Translations under genes and position numbers: made by a program
Notes under the pieces: model-generated
Told to the model about the DNA's origin: nothing
Seen by the model: only the letters and a program-made list of their open reading frames with translations
Databases searched by the model: none
Part shown: positions 38,781-49,769 of the stretch, one piece after another
How positions within the stretch are numbered: the first letter of the stretch is position 1
Layout: every line of letters starts with the position of its first letter
Virus record (IMG/VR): IMGVR_UViG_638341086_000008
Direction: 5' to 3' (one strand)
DNA length: 49,769 nt
Source of the DNA: a virus
Lineage: Duplodnaviria; Heunggongvirae; Uroviricota; Caudoviricetes

Positions 38781-41700
38781 ATGGGTAAAGGCAGCAGTAA
38801 GGGGCATACCCCGCGCGAAGCGAAGGACAACCTGAAATCATCCCAGATGCTGAGCGTGATAGACGCCATCAGTGAAGGGCCGATTGAAGGTCCGGTGGAT
38901 GGATTAAAAAGCGTGCTGCTGAACAGTACGCCAGTGCTGGACAGTGAGGGGAATACCAACATCTCCGGCGTCACGGTGGTGTTCCGGGCCGGTGAGCAGG
39001 AGCAGACACCGCCGGAGGGATTTGAATCCTCCGGCTCCGAGACGGTGCTCGGTACGGAAGTGAAATACGACACGCCGATCACCCGGACCATCACGTCGGC
39101 AAACATTGACCGACTGCGTTTTACCTTCGGCGTGCAGGCACTGGTGGAAACCACCTCAAAGGGGGACAGGAATCCATCGGAAGTCCGCCTGCTGGTTCAG
39201 ATACAACGTAACGGTGGCTGGGTGACGGAAAAAGACATCACCATTAAGGGTAAAACCACTTCACAGTATCTGGCCTCGGTGGTGGTGGATAACCTGCCGC
39301 CGCGCCCGTTCAGTATCCGGATGCGCAGGATGACGCCGGACAGCACCACAGACCAGCTGCAGAACAAAACGCTCTGGTCGTCATACACCGAAATTATCGA
39401 TGTGAAACAGTGCTACCCGAACACGGCACTGGTCGGCGTGCAGGTGGACTCGGAGCAGTTCGGCAGCCAGCAGGTGAGCCGTAATTATCATCTGCGCGGG
39501 CGTATTCTGCAGGTGCCGTCGAATTATAACCCGCAGACGCGGCAATACAGCGGTATCTGGGACGGAACGTTTAAACCGGCATACAGCAACAACATGGCCT
39601 GGTGTCTGTGGGATATGCTGACCCATCCGCGCTACGGCATGGGGAAACGTCTTGGTGCGGCGGATGTGGATAAATGGGCGCTGTATGTCATCGGCCAGTA
39701 CTGCGACCAGTCAGTGCCGGACGGCTTTGGCGGCACGGAGCCGCGCATCACCTGTAATGCGTATCTGACCACACAGCGCAAGGCGTGGGATGTGCTCAGT
39801 GATTTCTGCTCGGCGATGCGCTGTATGCCGGTATGGAACGGGCAGACGCTGACGTTCGTGCAGGACCGGCCATCAGATAAGGTGTGGACCTATAACCGCA
39901 GTAATGTGGTGATGCCGGATGATGGCGCGCCGTTCCGCTACAGCTTCAGCGCCCTGAAGGACCGCCATAATGCCGTTGAGGTGAACTGGATTGACCCGGA
40001 CAACGGCTGGGAGACGGCGACAGAGCTTGTTGAAGATACGCAGGCCATTGCCCGTTACGGTCGTAACGTCACGAAGATGGATGCCTTTGGCTGTACCAGC
40101 CGGGGGCAGGCACACCGCGCCGGGCTGTGGCTGATTAAAACGGAACTGCTGGAAACGCAGACCGTGGACTTCAGCGTGGGTGCTGAAGGGCTTCGCCATG
40201 TACCGGGCGATGTCATTGAAATCTGCGATGATGACTATGCCGGTATCAGCATCGGCGGGCGCGTGCTGGCGGTGAACAGCCAGACCCGGACGCTGACGCT
40301 CGACCGTGAAATCACGCTGCTATCCTCCGGCACCACGCTGATAAGCCTGGTTGACGGGCAGGGGAGTCCGGTGAGCGTGGAGGTCCAGTCCGTCACTGAC
40401 GGCGTGAAGGTGAAAGTGAGCCGTGTTCCTGACGGCGTTGCCGAATACAGCGTGTGGGGACTGAAGCTGCCGACGCTGCGCCAGCGCCTGTTCCGCTGCG
40501 TGAGTATCCGTGAGAACGACGACGGCACGTATGCCATCACTGCCGTGCAGCATGTACCGGAGAAAGAGGCCATCGTGGATAACGGGGCGCACTTTGACGG
40601 CGACCAGAGCGGCACGGTGAATGGTGTCACGCCGCCAGCGGTGCAGCACCTGACTGCCGAAGTCACCGCAGACAGCGGGGAGTATCAGGTGCTGGCACGC
40701 TGGGATACGCCGAAGGTGGTGAAGGGCGTGAGCTTTATGCTTCGCCTGACCGTGGTAGCGGATGACGGCAGTGAGCGGCTGGTCAGCACGGCCCGGACGG
40801 CGGAAACCACATACCGCTTCACGCAGCTGGCGCCAGGGAACTACAGGCTGACAGTCCGGGCGGTAAATGCCCGGGGGCAGCAGGGCGATCCGGCATCGGT
40901 ATCGTTCCGGATTGCCGCACCTGCAGTGCCGTCGCGGATTGAGCTGACGCCGGGCTATTTTCAGATAACCGCCACGCCGCATCTTGCCGTTTATGACCCG
41001 ACGGTACAGTTTGAGTTCTGGTTCTCGGAAAAGCGGATTACCGATATCAGGCAGGTTGAAACAACAGCCCGCTATCTTGGTACGGCGCTGTACTGGATAG
41101 CCGCCAGTATCAATATCAAACCGGGCCATGATTATTACTTTTATATCCGCAGTGTGAACACCGTTGGCAAATCGGCATTCGTGGAGGCCGTCGGTCGGGC
41201 GAGCGATGATGCGGAAGGTTACCTGGATTTTTTCAAAGGCAAGATAACCGAATCCCATCTCGGCAAGGAGCTGCTGGAAAAAGTTGATCTGACGGAGGAT
41301 AACGCCAGCAGACTGGATGAGTTTTCGAAAGAGTGGAAGGACGCTAACGATAAATGGAATGCCATGTGGGGCGTCAAAATTGAGCAGACCAAAGACGGCA
41401 AACATTATGTCGCGGGTATTGGCCTCAGCATGGAGGACACGGAGGAAGGCAAGCTGAGCCAGTTTCTGGTTGCCGCTAACCGTATCGCGTTTATTGACCC
41501 GGCAAACGGGAATGAAACGCCGATGTTTGTGGCGCAGGGCAACCAGATATTCATGAACGACGTGTTCCTGAAGCGCCTGACAGCCCCGACCATTACCAGT
41601 GGTGGAAATCCACCGGCATTTTCCCTGACATCAGACGGAAAGCTGACCGCTAAAAATGCGGATATCAGTGGCAGTGTGAATGCGAACGCCGGGACGCTCA

Positions 41701-42194
41701 ACAATGTCACGGTAAATGAAAACTGTACGATTAAGGGCATGCTGGAGGCGACTCAGGTCAGAGGTGACTTCGTTAAAGCTGTATCCAAATCATTCCCGAA
41801 ACAGGCTGGTACGTGGGGTAATACGGAAACACCAAACGGGACGGTTACAGTCACCATCAGCGATGATCATAACTTTGACCGTCAAATCATTATTCCGCCC
41901 ATTATCTTTAACGGAATAGCGTATAGCGATCCGGGAAGTGGTAATAACCCGGGAGGTACAAGATACACGGGTTATGGTTTTGAAGTTCGCAAAAACGGTG
42001 TATTAATCGCATCCAGAGAAACTAAAGGGGCCATTCCCGGTAGTTACAGTGCAGTTATTGATATGCCGAGTGGTGGTGGTAGCGTCACTCTGGAGTTTAA
42101 GATTTTCCAGAAAGGCAATCAGGGGGCAGGCAATATCACCGACTGTACGGTGATTGTGACCAAAAAAGCCGCTTCCGGCATCAGTATTCGTTGA
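38781..42194 (+). CDS. Tail tip / host-specificity protein J
   Basis: 1137 aa, [20 protein letters not shown]...; fibronectin-III-like central repeats; a distinct C-terminal ~150 aa that I take to be the receptor-binding region. Confidence 0.9.
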   Translation: MGKGSSKGHTPREAKDNLKSSQMLSVIDAISEGPIEGPVDGLKSVLLNSTPVLDSEGNTNISGVTVVFRAGEQEQTPPEGFESSGSETVLGTEVKYDTPITRTITSANIDRLRFTFGVQALVETTSKGDRNPSEVRLLVQIQRNGGWVTEKDITIKGKTTSQYLASVVVDNLPPRPFSIRMRRMTPDSTTDQLQNKTLWSSYTEIIDVKQCYPNTALVGVQVDSEQFGSQQVSRNYHLRGRILQVPSNYNPQTRQYSGIWDGTFKPAYSNNMAWCLWDMLTHPRYGMGKRLGAADVDKWALYVIGQYCDQSVPDGFGGTEPRITCNAYLTTQRKAWDVLSDFCSAMRCMPVWNGQTLTFVQDRPSDKVWTYNRSNVVMPDDGAPFRYSFSALKDRHNAVEVNWIDPDNGWETATELVEDTQAIARYGRNVTKMDAFGCTSRGQAHRAGLWLIKTELLETQTVDFSVGAEGLRHVPGDVIEICDDDYAGISIGGRVLAVNSQTRTLTLDREITLLSSGTTLISLVDGQGSPVSVEVQSVTDGVKVKVSRVPDGVAEYSVWGLKLPTLRQRLFRCVSIRENDDGTYAITAVQHVPEKEAIVDNGAHFDGDQSGTVNGVTPPAVQHLTAEVTADSGEYQVLARWDTPKVVKGVSFMLRLTVVADDGSERLVSTARTAETTYRFTQLAPGNYRLTVRAVNARGQQGDPASVSFRIAAPAVPSRIELTPGYFQITATPHLAVYDPTVQFEFWFSEKRITDIRQVETTARYLGTALYWIAASINIKPGHDYYFYIRSVNTVGKSAFVEAVGRASDDAEGYLDFFKGKITESHLGKELLEKVDLTEDNASRLDEFSKEWKDANDKWNAMWGVKIEQTKDGKHYVAGIGLSMEDTEEGKLSQFLVAANRIAFIDPANGNETPMFVAQGNQIFMNDVFLKRLTAPTITSGGNPPAFSLTSDGKLTAKNADISGSVNANAGTLNNVTVNENCTIKGMLEATQVRGDFVKAVSKSFPKQAGTWGNTETPNGTVTVTISDDHNFDRQIIIPPIIFNGIAYSDPGSGNNPGGTRYTGYGFEVRKNGVLIASRETKGAIPGSYSAVIDMPSGGGSVTLEFKIFQKGNQGAGNITDCTVIVTKKAASGISIR

Positions 42195-42222
42195 AATTGT
42201 TATAACCCATATAAGGGCACCA

Positions 42223-42250
42223 GAAATGGTGCCTTTTTTATTGCAGAAAA
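42223..42250 (+). terminator. Rho-independent terminator after J
   Basis: AAGGGCACC-agaaa-TGGTGCCTT hairpin followed by TTTTTTATT. Confidence 0.7.
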
Positions 42251-42263
42251 GCGAGAGGTAATT

Positions 42264-42863
42264 ATGCGTAAACTTTATGCCGCCATTTTTTCCGCAGCCA
42301 TTTGTCTGGCCGTATCCGGTGCGCCTGCATGGGCATCTGAACATCAGTCCACGCTGAGCGCGGGGTATCTTCATGCCTCGACGAACGTTCCCGGCAGTGA
42401 TGATCTGAACGGGATTAACGTGAAATACCGTTATGAGTTTACGGACACACTGGGGATGGTGACGTCGTTCAGCTATGCAGGAGACAAGAATCGCCAGCTG
42501 ACCCGTTACAGCGATACCCGCTGGTATGAAGATTCCGTGCGTAACCGCTGGTTCAGCGTGATGGCGGGGCCGTCTGTACGCGTGAATGAATGGTTCAGCG
42601 CGTATGCGATGGCAGGCGTGGCTTACAGCCGTGTGTCGACTTTCTCCGGGGATTATCTCCGCGTAACTGACAACAAGGGGAAAACGCACGATGTGCTGAC
42701 CGGAAGTGATGACGGTCGCCACAGCAACACGTCTCTGGCGTGGGGAGCTGGCGTGCAGTTTAACCCGACCGAATCCGTGGCCATTGATATTGCTTATGAA
42801 GGCTCCGGCAGTGGCGACTGGCGCACTGACGGTTTCATCGTGGGTGTCGGTTATAAGTTCTGA
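42264..42863 (+). CDS. lom: Lom/Ail-family outer membrane beta-barrel protein (prophage moron)
   Basis: 199 aa with signal peptide and C-terminal ..YEGSGSGDWRTDGFIVGVGYKF, ending in Phe as beta-barrel outer membrane proteins do; own ribosome-binding site and terminator. Confidence 0.85.
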   Translation: MRKLYAAIFSAAICLAVSGAPAWASEHQSTLSAGYLHASTNVPGSDDLNGINVKYRYEFTDTLGMVTSFSYAGDKNRQLTRYSDTRWYEDSVRNRWFSVMAGPSVRVNEWFSAYAMAGVAYSRVSTFSGDYLRVTDNKGKTHDVLTGSDDGRHSNTSLAWGAGVQFNPTESVAIDIAYEGSGSGDWRTDGFIVGVGYKF

Positions 42864-42888
42864 TTAGCCAGGTAACACAGTGTTATGA

Positions 42889-42917
42889 CAGCCCGCCTGT
42901 TCAGGCGGGCTTTTTTG
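42889..42917 (+). terminator. Rho-independent terminator after lom
   Basis: GCCCGCCTG-ttca-GGCGGGC hairpin followed by TTTTTTG. Confidence 0.7.
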
Positions 42918-42927
42918 TGGGGTGAAT

Positions 42928-45888
42928 ATGGCAGTAAAGATTTCAGGTGTACTGAAAGACGGCACAGGAAAACCGGTACAGAACTGCACAATCCAGCTGA
43001 AAGCAAAACGTAACAGCACCGCGGTGGTGGTGAACACGCTGGCCTCAGAAAATCCGGATGAAGCCGGGCGTTACAGCATGGACGTTGAGTACGGTCAGTA
43101 CAGCGTTATTCTGTTGGTGGAAGGATTCCCGCCGTCACATGCCGGGACCATCACCGTGTATGAAGATTCCCGACCCGGTACGCTGAATGATTTTCTCGGT
43201 GCCATGACGGAGGATGATGCCCGTCCGGAGGCTCTGCGCCGTTTTGAACTGATGGTGGAAGAGGTGGCGCGTAACGCGTCCGCGGTGGCACAGAACACGG
43301 CAGCCGCGAAGAAGTCAGCCGGCGATGCCGGCACATCTGCCCGTGAGGCGGCAACCCATGCGACTGATGCTGCAGGCTCAGCACGCGCAGCCAGCACGTC
43401 AGCCGGACAGGCCGCGTCGTCGGCTCAGTCAGCGTCTTCCAGCGCAGAAACGGCATCAACAAAGGCCACTGAAGCGGAAAAAAGTGCTGCCGCTGCAGAG
43501 TCCTCAAAAAGCGCGGCGGCCACCAGTGCCGCTGCGGCGAAAACGTCAGAAACGAATGCGGCAGCGTCACAACAATCAGCAGCCACTTCTGCATCCACCG
43601 CGACCACGAAAGCGTCAGAAGCAGCCACTTCAGCACGGGATGCGGCGGCTTCAAAAGAGGCGGCAAAATCATCAGAAACGAACGCATCATCAAGCGCCAG
43701 TAGTGCCGCTTCCTCGGCAACGGCGGCAGGAAATTCCGCGAAGGCGGCAAAAACGTCCGAGACGAACGCCAGGTCTTCTGAGACGGCAGCGGGACAGAGC
43801 GCCTCAGCTGCGGCAGGCTCAAAAACAGCGGCTGCATCATCTGCCAGCGCCGCGTCAACAAGTGCCGGGCAGGCCTCAGCCAGTGCCACCGCTGCCGGAA
43901 AATCGGCAGAAAGTGCCGCATCGTCTGCTTTAACAGCCACAACGAAGGCTGGCGAAGCCACTGAACAGGCCAGCGCAGCAGCGAGTTCTGCTTCCGCAGC
44001 GAAGACATCCGAAACGAACGCGAAAGCGTCGGAAACCCGTGCAGAATCCTCAAAAACGGCTGCCGCATCGTCCGCCAGTTCGGCGGCGTCATCGGCATCA
44101 TCTGCATCTGCTTCAAAAGATGAGGCGACCAGACAGGCGTCAGCAGCAAAGGGCAGCGCCACGACGGCATCCACGAAGGCGACAGAGGCAGCTGGCAGTG
44201 CGGCAGCGGCAGCACAGAGCAAAAGTACGGCGGAATCCGCGGCAACGCGCGCCGAGACAGCAGCAAAACGGGCAGAGGATATTGCATCCGCCGTGGCGCT
44301 TGAGGATGCGAGCACGACGAAAAAGGGGATAGTACAGCTCAGCAGTGCGACCAACAGCACTTCCGAGTCACTGGCGGCAACGCCAAAAGCCGTTAAGGCC
44401 GCGTATGAGCTGGCTAACGGGAAATACACCGCACAGGATGCAACGACAGCACAGAAAGGGATAGTTCAGCTTAGCAACGCGACCAACAGCACATCTGAAA
44501 TGCTGGCGGCAACGCCAAAGTCGGTAAAGGCAGCCTATGACCTTGCTAACGGGAAATATACTGCTCAGGACGCTACGACAGCACAAAAAGGAATTGTCCA
44601 GCTCAGTAGTGCAACCAACAGCACATCTGAAACGCTTGCCGCGACACCGAAAGCAGTGAAAGCAGCTAATGACAATGCGAATGGTCGGGTACCTTCTGCC
44701 CGTAAGGTGAATGGTAAGGCGCTTTCAGCGGATATAACACTGACGCCGAAAGATATTGGTACGCTTAACTCAACAACAATGTCATTCAGCGGTGGTGCTG
44801 GTTGGTTCAAATTAGCAACGGTAACCATGCCACAGGCGAGTTCTGTTGTTTCAATTACGTTGATTGGTGGCGCTGGATTTAACGTGGGGTCACCTCAACA
44901 GGCAGGTATATCTGAACTTGTTTTACGTGCAGGTAATGGTAATCCGAAGGGGATTACTGGTGCTTTATGGCAGCGCACATTGACAGGGTTTACAAATTTT
45001 GCCTGGGTTAATACATCTGGTGATACTTACGATATTTACGTTGCAATCGGAAATTATGCGACTGGTGTAAATATTCAATGGGATTATACCAGTAATGCCA
45101 GCGTGACGATTCATACGTCACCAGCATATTCTGCTAATAAGCCGGAAGGGTTAACGGACGGTACAGTTTATTCACTCTATACGCCATCAGAGCAGTTTTA
45201 TCCGCCTGGCGCACCAATCCCGTGGCCATCAGATACCGTTCCGTCTGGCTATGCCCTGATGCAGGGGCAGGCTTTTGACAAATCTGCATACCCGAAACTT
45301 GCAGCGGCTTATCCGTCAGGCGTGATCCCTGATATGCGTGGCTGGACGATTAAGGGCAAACCTGCCAGTGGTCGGGCCGTATTGTCTCAGGAACAGGACG
45401 GCATTAAATCGCATACCCACAGCGCCAGCGCATCCAGTACGGATTTGGGGATGAAAACCACATCGTCGTTTGATTACGGCACTAAATCCACGAATAACAC
45501 TGGTGCGCATACCCATAGTTTAAGTGGCAGCACGAATGCAGCTGGTAATCACAGCCATAGAGATGGCCGTCGATTTAACCCCAGTGTTTTTAAAGATACT
45601 TATCAATATGGTTATACAAGCTCAGGTCAAAATACCTGGGGTGTACAAGGCTCAGTAGGTATGTCTACGGGGTGGTTAGCGAATACCAGTACAGATGGTA
45701 ATCATAGCCATTCACTGTCCGGCACAGCAGCATCTGCAGGTGCACACGCGCATACTGTCGGTATTGGTGCTCATACGCACTCCGTTGCGATTGGTTCACA
45801 TGGACACACCATCACCGTTAACGCTGCTGGTAACGCGGAAAACACCGTCAAAAACATCGCATTTAACTATATTGTGAGGCTTGCATAA
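42928..45888 (+). CDS. stf: Side tail fibre protein (Stf)
   Basis: Starts [17 protein letters not shown]; long Ala/Ser/Thr-rich low-complexity centre; three tandem ~39-aa fibre repeats; His-rich HxH C-terminal tip. Confidence 0.85.
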   Translation: MAVKISGVLKDGTGKPVQNCTIQLKAKRNSTAVVVNTLASENPDEAGRYSMDVEYGQYSVILLVEGFPPSHAGTITVYEDSRPGTLNDFLGAMTEDDARPEALRRFELMVEEVARNASAVAQNTAAAKKSAGDAGTSAREAATHATDAAGSARAASTSAGQAASSAQSASSSAETASTKATEAEKSAAAAESSKSAAATSAAAAKTSETNAAASQQSAATSASTATTKASEAATSARDAAASKEAAKSSETNASSSASSAASSATAAGNSAKAAKTSETNARSSETAAGQSASAAAGSKTAAASSASAASTSAGQASASATAAGKSAESAASSALTATTKAGEATEQASAAASSASAAKTSETNAKASETRAESSKTAAASSASSAASSASSASASKDEATRQASAAKGSATTASTKATEAAGSAAAAAQSKSTAESAATRAETAAKRAEDIASAVALEDASTTKKGIVQLSSATNSTSESLAATPKAVKAAYELANGKYTAQDATTAQKGIVQLSNATNSTSEMLAATPKSVKAAYDLANGKYTAQDATTAQKGIVQLSSATNSTSETLAATPKAVKAANDNANGRVPSARKVNGKALSADITLTPKDIGTLNSTTMSFSGGAGWFKLATVTMPQASSVVSITLIGGAGFNVGSPQQAGISELVLRAGNGNPKGITGALWQRTLTGFTNFAWVNTSGDTYDIYVAIGNYATGVNIQWDYTSNASVTIHTSPAYSANKPEGLTDGTVYSLYTPSEQFYPPGAPIPWPSDTVPSGYALMQGQAFDKSAYPKLAAAYPSGVIPDMRGWTIKGKPASGRAVLSQEQDGIKSHTHSASASSTDLGMKTTSSFDYGTKSTNNTGAHTHSLSGSTNAAGNHSHRDGRRFNPSVFKDTYQYGYTSSGQNTWGVQGSVGMSTGWLANTSTDGNHSHSLSGTAASAGAHAHTVGIGAHTHSVAIGSHGHTITVNAAGNAENTVKNIAFNYIVRLA
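44323..44675 (+). repeat. Three tandem ~117-bp repeats inside stf, each encoding ~39 aa (..[40 protein letters not shown])
   Basis: Direct inspection of nucleotide and translated sequence; the third copy is degenerate at its end. Confidence 0.75.
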
Positions 45889-46463
45889 TGGCATTCAGAA
45901 TGAGTGAACAACCACGGACCATAAAAATTTATAATCTGCTGGCCGGAACTAATGAATTTATTGGTGAAGGTGACGCATATATTCCGCCTCATACAGGTCT
46001 GCCAGCAAACAGTACCGATATTGCACCACCAGATATTCCTGCTGGCTTTGTGGCTGTTTTCAACAGTGATAAGGCATCGTGGCATCTCGTTGAAGACCAT
46101 CGGGGTAAAACGGTTTATGACGTAGCGTCAGGGGACGCGTTATTTATTTCTGAACTCGGTCCGTTACCGGAAAATGTTACCTGGTTATCGCCGGAAGGGG
46201 AGTTTCAGAAGTGGAACGGCACAGCCTGGGTGAAAGATGCAGAAGCAGAAAAACTGTTCCGGATCCGAGAGGCGGAAGAAACAAAAAACAGCCTGATGCA
46301 GGTAGCCAGTGAGCATATTGCGCCACTTCAGGATGCTGTAGATCTGGAAATCGCAACGGAGGAAGAAACCTCATTGCTGGAAGCCTGGAAAAAGTATCGG
46401 GTGTTGCTGAACCGTGTTGATACGTCAACTGCACAGGATATTGAATGGCCAGCACTGCCGTAG
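45888..46463 (+). CDS. tfa: Tail fibre assembly protein (Tfa)
   Basis: 191 aa; start overlaps the stf stop (TAATG); conserved C-terminal ..[26 protein letters not shown]. Confidence 0.85.
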   Translation: MAFRMSEQPRTIKIYNLLAGTNEFIGEGDAYIPPHTGLPANSTDIAPPDIPAGFVAVFNSDKASWHLVEDHRGKTVYDVASGDALFISELGPLPENVTWLSPEGEFQKWNGTAWVKDAEAEKLFRIREAEETKNSLMQVASEHIAPLQDAVDLEIATEEETSLLEAWKKYRVLLNRVDTSTAQDIEWPALP

Positions 46464-46559
46464 GGTAAAACATATAAATTCTATAATTAGATGTATCTTT
46501 CCATTTACGGCAAGGAAGGGGGCTTGGAAGACGTAAGCATCTCACACCGAGATTATTTT

Positions 46560-47150
46560 TTATATGTCAGGTGTCTGAAGTTTTGCTTTGGCTCTTAAAA
46601 TGGTTTGCCGCGAGGTTTTGAATTCCCGGGCAATGGCACTTATACTTACACCTGACTTAATTCGTTCGAATACCACCTGTTTCTGTTCTTCATTTAACAC
46701 AGGTGGTCGACCAAAACGTTTCCCTGCGCCGCGGGCTCTTACTATCCCGGAATGAGTGCGTTCAAGTAAAAGGTCTCGTTCAAATTCAGCGACTGCTGAA
46801 ATTACGTGCATCATCATTTTTCCTGTTGGACTGGTCAGGTCAATGCCCCCCAATGCTAAGCAATGCACTCTGATACCTGTTTCGGTCAGTTGTTCCACTG
46901 TTTTCCTGATATCCATTGCATTACAACCAAGGCGATCCAGTTTTGTCACAATCAATTGATCACCACATTTCAGGCGAGCAAGCAACCGGTTAAAACCAGG
47001 ACGCTCACTGGTTGCTGCTGAGCCGCTAATGTGTTCTTCGATTATTTGCTGAGGTTTGATTTTAAAACCTGCACTTTCGATTTCCCGGCGTTGATTTTCG
47101 ATGGTCTGATCCAGCGTTGATATCCGACAGTAAGCAAAAATTCGAGACAT
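46560..47150 (-). CDS. pin: Serine-recombinase DNA invertase (Pin/Gin/Hin family)
   Basis: 196 aa, [15 protein letters not shown]... with the catalytic Ser in the N-terminal resolvase domain and a C-terminal HTH; convergent with tfa. Confidence 0.9.
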   Translation of the reverse strand: MSRIFAYCRISTLDQTIENQRREIESAGFKIKPQQIIEEHISGSAATSERPGFNRLLARLKCGDQLIVTKLDRLGCNAMDIRKTVEQLTETGIRVHCLALGGIDLTSPTGKMMMHVISAVAEFERDLLLERTHSGIVRARGAGKRFGRPPVLNEEQKQVVFERIKSGVSISAIAREFKTSRQTILRAKAKLQTPDI

Positions 47151-47277
47151 AGTGAGACTCTATACGAAATTGGTGTTCATATCATAATGCATCTCAGAAA
47201 ATAATTTTGATTATTTTTGTGCATATTTGTATGTACACGTTCGAAAATAAACGAATGCGTATGCAACCCCGTAATTT

Positions 47278-47291
47278 TGGTGAGACCCAAA
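47278..47291. other. Perfect 14-bp palindrome CAAAATCGATTTTG upstream of pin (candidate recombinase or regulator site)
   Basis: Seen directly; only a loose resemblance to gix/hix-type half sites; followed by a second inverted repeat AACTCGG..CGAGTT at about 47303..47330. Confidence 0.25.
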
Positions 47292-47466
47292 ATCGATTTT
47301 GTGAAAAATGGCTTTAACTCGGTTTGTTTTTCGAGTTCCGGGCGGACTCAAGGAAGAAGAATAGTGTTGCGTGTTATTTTAACCAGATTTCAAGTTGTTT
47401 GGTCGTGGAAAAGTGGAGCAAAATGTTGTTAAAGTGGAAAAATGATAAAAAAGTAAGTTTATTATA

Positions 47467-47700
47467 TTACATTTTACCATTTAAATTTTGGTTGTCTTTA
47501 AGAACTGATATCGCTGTTTGTAATAATTCTTTGTTATCCAGCCATGATTTTTTCTTTATGTTTCCTTCAATGTAATCAAGCAATGTTCTGGTATTGATAG
47601 GTCTTCCCTGTTTTGCTACTTCCACTACAGCATCCCCTAGGATAATTCTTACTTCAGGAAGCTGCGCAGGGAACCACTTTAGGGTGTCTTTTGATTTCAT
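47467..47700 (-). CDS. ydfK: YdfK/YnaE-family small cold-shock-associated prophage protein
   Basis: Start set at the internal Met (MKSKDTLKWFPAQLPEVR..., 77 aa) with AAGGAA ribosome-binding site; the ORF track gives an 88-aa version from 47733. Confidence 0.65.
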   Translation of the reverse strand: MKSKDTLKWFPAQLPEVRIILGDAVVEVAKQGRPINTRTLLDYIEGNIKKKSWLDNKELLQTAISVLKDNQNLNGKM

Positions 47701-48485
47701 GAAGATATTCCTTAAAATATTATTGATTTTCATTGCGATATTGTATGTCTGATTCAGGATATGTTGACTTATACATCGGTTTTGTCTGGGTTATTGGATA
47801 TGCCAATCCCTAATTTTATTAGGGCATGGCTAAAAATGCTGAATATGATAAGGAGAGAAGTGATTATCAGTATGCTGTTCATATAGCCTCGAATTAGTAA
47901 TGTGTTATATATGATATAGTTGACAATTTTTATCTTGGGTGTTCTTAAAGTTCGTAGATAAACATTGTCGTTTCAGGTATACAGGAATGCTAACAGGTGG
48001 CAGCAAAAATCAGGCGGTTTATGGCGCAAGCTGAAGCGGCAACTGCAAACTATCTTATGCAGAGACTCTACACGGATTGGGTTTAAAAGTATACATAGAT
48101 AACAGTTTTTATCTGAAAAAGAAAAATATCAAGGTGATATAGCCTATATGCCTTTGATGCGGAGGAATGAATGTGATGGGAGTGATGTATCTGAATAGTT
48201 GAAAAACCGCAGACACGCCTTATGCAAGAACGTGCTGCGGTTGGCTGGTAAATTTTTCGATAGTGTGAGTATTGAATGATTTCCAGCCGTTCTTGATTTT
48301 ACGCATAAATCCATGAAAAAACTACTTATCTGTTGGGGAGTTTTTTTGGGGCATATATGGGACAGAAATAGGCCCCAGATAGACACTGAGATCGAACTTA
48401 GGATGCTTTTTAAAAAATGCAACTATCTGAAAAAACCTAGAAAACGCCAAGGAAACCACAGGATGGGAAAAAACACCTGTGAATT

Positions 48486-49769
48486 ATGGATTTCCAGTTA
48501 TATTCGCTCGGCGCAGCGTTGGTGTTTCATGAAATATTTTTTCCTGAATCATCAACGGCAATGGCGTTAATTTTGGCAATGGGAACCTACGGTGCAGGTT
48601 ATGTGGCGCGTATTGTCGGAGCATTTATTTTCGGCAAAATGGGCGACAGAATAGGGCGTAAAAAAGTGCTCTTTATTACCATCACCATGATGGGGATCTG
48701 TACCACCTTAATTGGTGTGTTACCGACCTATGCACAGATTGGTGTTTTTGCCCCCATCTTGCTGGTGACGCTGCGTATTATTCAGGGGTTGGGTGCAGGT
48801 GCGGAAATTTCCGGTGCCGGTACGATGCTGGCGGAATATGCACCAAAAGGTAAGCGCGGAATTATCTCCTCATTTGTAGCTATGGGAACTAACTGCGGAA
48901 CCTTGAGCGCAACGGCAATCTGGGCCTTTATGTTCTTCATTCTCAGTAAAGAGGAACTGCTGGCGTGGGGATGGCGTATACCGTTCCTGGCGAGCGTTGT
49001 CGTGATGGTCTTTGCTATCTGGTTACGTATGAATCTGAAAGAAAGCCCGGTCTTTGAGAAGGTTAATGACAGCAACCAACCCACAGCAAAACCTGCACCT
49101 GCTGGTAGCATGTTCCAGAGCAAATCCTTCTGGCTGGCAACAGGGCTGCGTTTTGGTCAGGCGGGTAACTCCGGGTTAATTCAGACTTTCCTTGCAGGCT
49201 ATTTAGTGCAGACGTTATTGTTTAACAAAGCAATTCCAACAGATGCATTGATGATTAGTTCGATTCTCGGCTTTATGACCATTCCGTTCCTTGGTTGGTT
49301 ATCCGATAAAATTGGTCGCCGGATCCCGTATATTATTATGAATACCTCCGCGATTGTGCTGGCATGGCCAATGCTTTCTATCATTGTAGATAAAAGCTAT
49401 GCCCCGAGCACCATTATGGTTGCACTGATTGTGATTCATAACTGTGCGGTGCTGGGATTATTTGCTCTGGAAAACATTACCATGGCAGAAATGTTCGGCT
49501 GTAAAAACCGCTTTACCCGGATGGCTATTTCTAAAGAAATTGGTGGTCTTATCGCTTCCGGTTTTGGTCCTATCCTGGCGGGTATTTTCTGCACCATGAC
49601 GGAATCCTGGTATCCGATCGCCATTATGATCATGGCATATTCAGTAATTGGTTTAATCTCTGCGCTGAAAATGCCAGAGGTGAAAGACCGTGATTTAAGT
49701 GCGCTGGAAGACGCTGCGGAAGATCAACCGCGTGTTGTAAGAGCTGCGCAACCTTCCAGAAGTCTGTAA
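48486..49769 (+). CDS. ydfJ: MFS-superfamily metabolite:H+ symporter, apparently 5'-truncated at the prophage junction
   Basis: 427-aa multi-pass membrane protein with MFS signature (..GKMGDRIGRKKVL..); an in-frame stop sits immediately upstream of the first ATG and the ORF lacks the usual first transmembrane segment; stop codon is the last base of the window. Confidence 0.75.
   Translation: MDFQLYSLGAALVFHEIFFPESSTAMALILAMGTYGAGYVARIVGAFIFGKMGDRIGRKKVLFITITMMGICTTLIGVLPTYAQIGVFAPILLVTLRIIQGLGAGAEISGAGTMLAEYAPKGKRGIISSFVAMGTNCGTLSATAIWAFMFFILSKEELLAWGWRIPFLASVVVMVFAIWLRMNLKESPVFEKVNDSNQPTAKPAPAGSMFQSKSFWLATGLRFGQAGNSGLIQTFLAGYLVQTLLFNKAIPTDALMISSILGFMTIPFLGWLSDKIGRRIPYIIMNTSAIVLAWPMLSIIVDKSYAPSTIMVALIVIHNCAVLGLFALENITMAEMFGCKNRFTRMAISKEIGGLIASGFGPILAGIFCTMTESWYPIAIMIMAYSVIGLISALKMPEVKDRDLSALEDAAEDQPRVVRAAQPSRSL

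Noticed and set aside
43151-44429. Large minus-strand ORFs (378 aa and 334 aa) rich in Pro/Leu/Arg/Gln, antisense to stf
   Set aside because: They lie entirely inside the Ala/Ser/Thr-rich low-complexity part of stf; the compositional bias keeps the opposite strand free of stops. No start context or family resemblance.
46597-46636. Sequence resembling a gix/hix half-site (TTCAAAACCTCG) near the 3' end of pin
   Set aside because: It lies inside the pin coding sequence and encodes the conserved C-terminal HTH (..[12 protein letters not shown]..); the second half-site does not match. Most likely a by-product of protein conservation.
1-49769. Searched for CRISPR arrays, tRNA/rRNA genes and defence-system-like gene pairs
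   Set aside because: No regularly spaced direct repeats, no cloverleaf-like tRNA candidates found by eye, and no unassigned ORF over ~150 aa; the only candidate defence functions are the relBE-hokD toxin-antitoxin genes already described.

Overview
This window reads as a complete but heavily degraded lambdoid prophage sitting at the E. coli ydfJ locus (Qin-type), riddled with insertion sequences. Gene names below are from memory of E. coli K-12 and phage lambda, not from any search. Left to right: an integrase split by an IS66-family element, xis, a large exonuclease-like gene, IS629 copy 1, then an 8.4 kb block (cspB, cspF, antiterminator Q, ydfU, rem, hokD, relE, relB, a second IS66-family element, truncated flxA) closed by an inverted IS629 copy 2. 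After that come cspI, gnsB, ydfO, a candidate cos region, and an almost complete lambda-like head and tail gene set (terminase through J), followed by lom, stf, tfa, a Pin-type invertase, ydfK and the 5'-truncated host MFS transporter gene ydfJ. A third IS66-family element interrupts tail gene K. I found no CRISPR array, rRNA or tRNA, and no convincing novel multi-gene system: every ORF over about 150 aa is accounted for by prophage, IS or host functions. The most interesting signals are the precise IS insertions with target-site duplications, which inactivate the integrase one codon before its catalytic tyrosine and split tail gene K, and an apparent IS629-mediated inversion with loss of the lysis and immunity regions.
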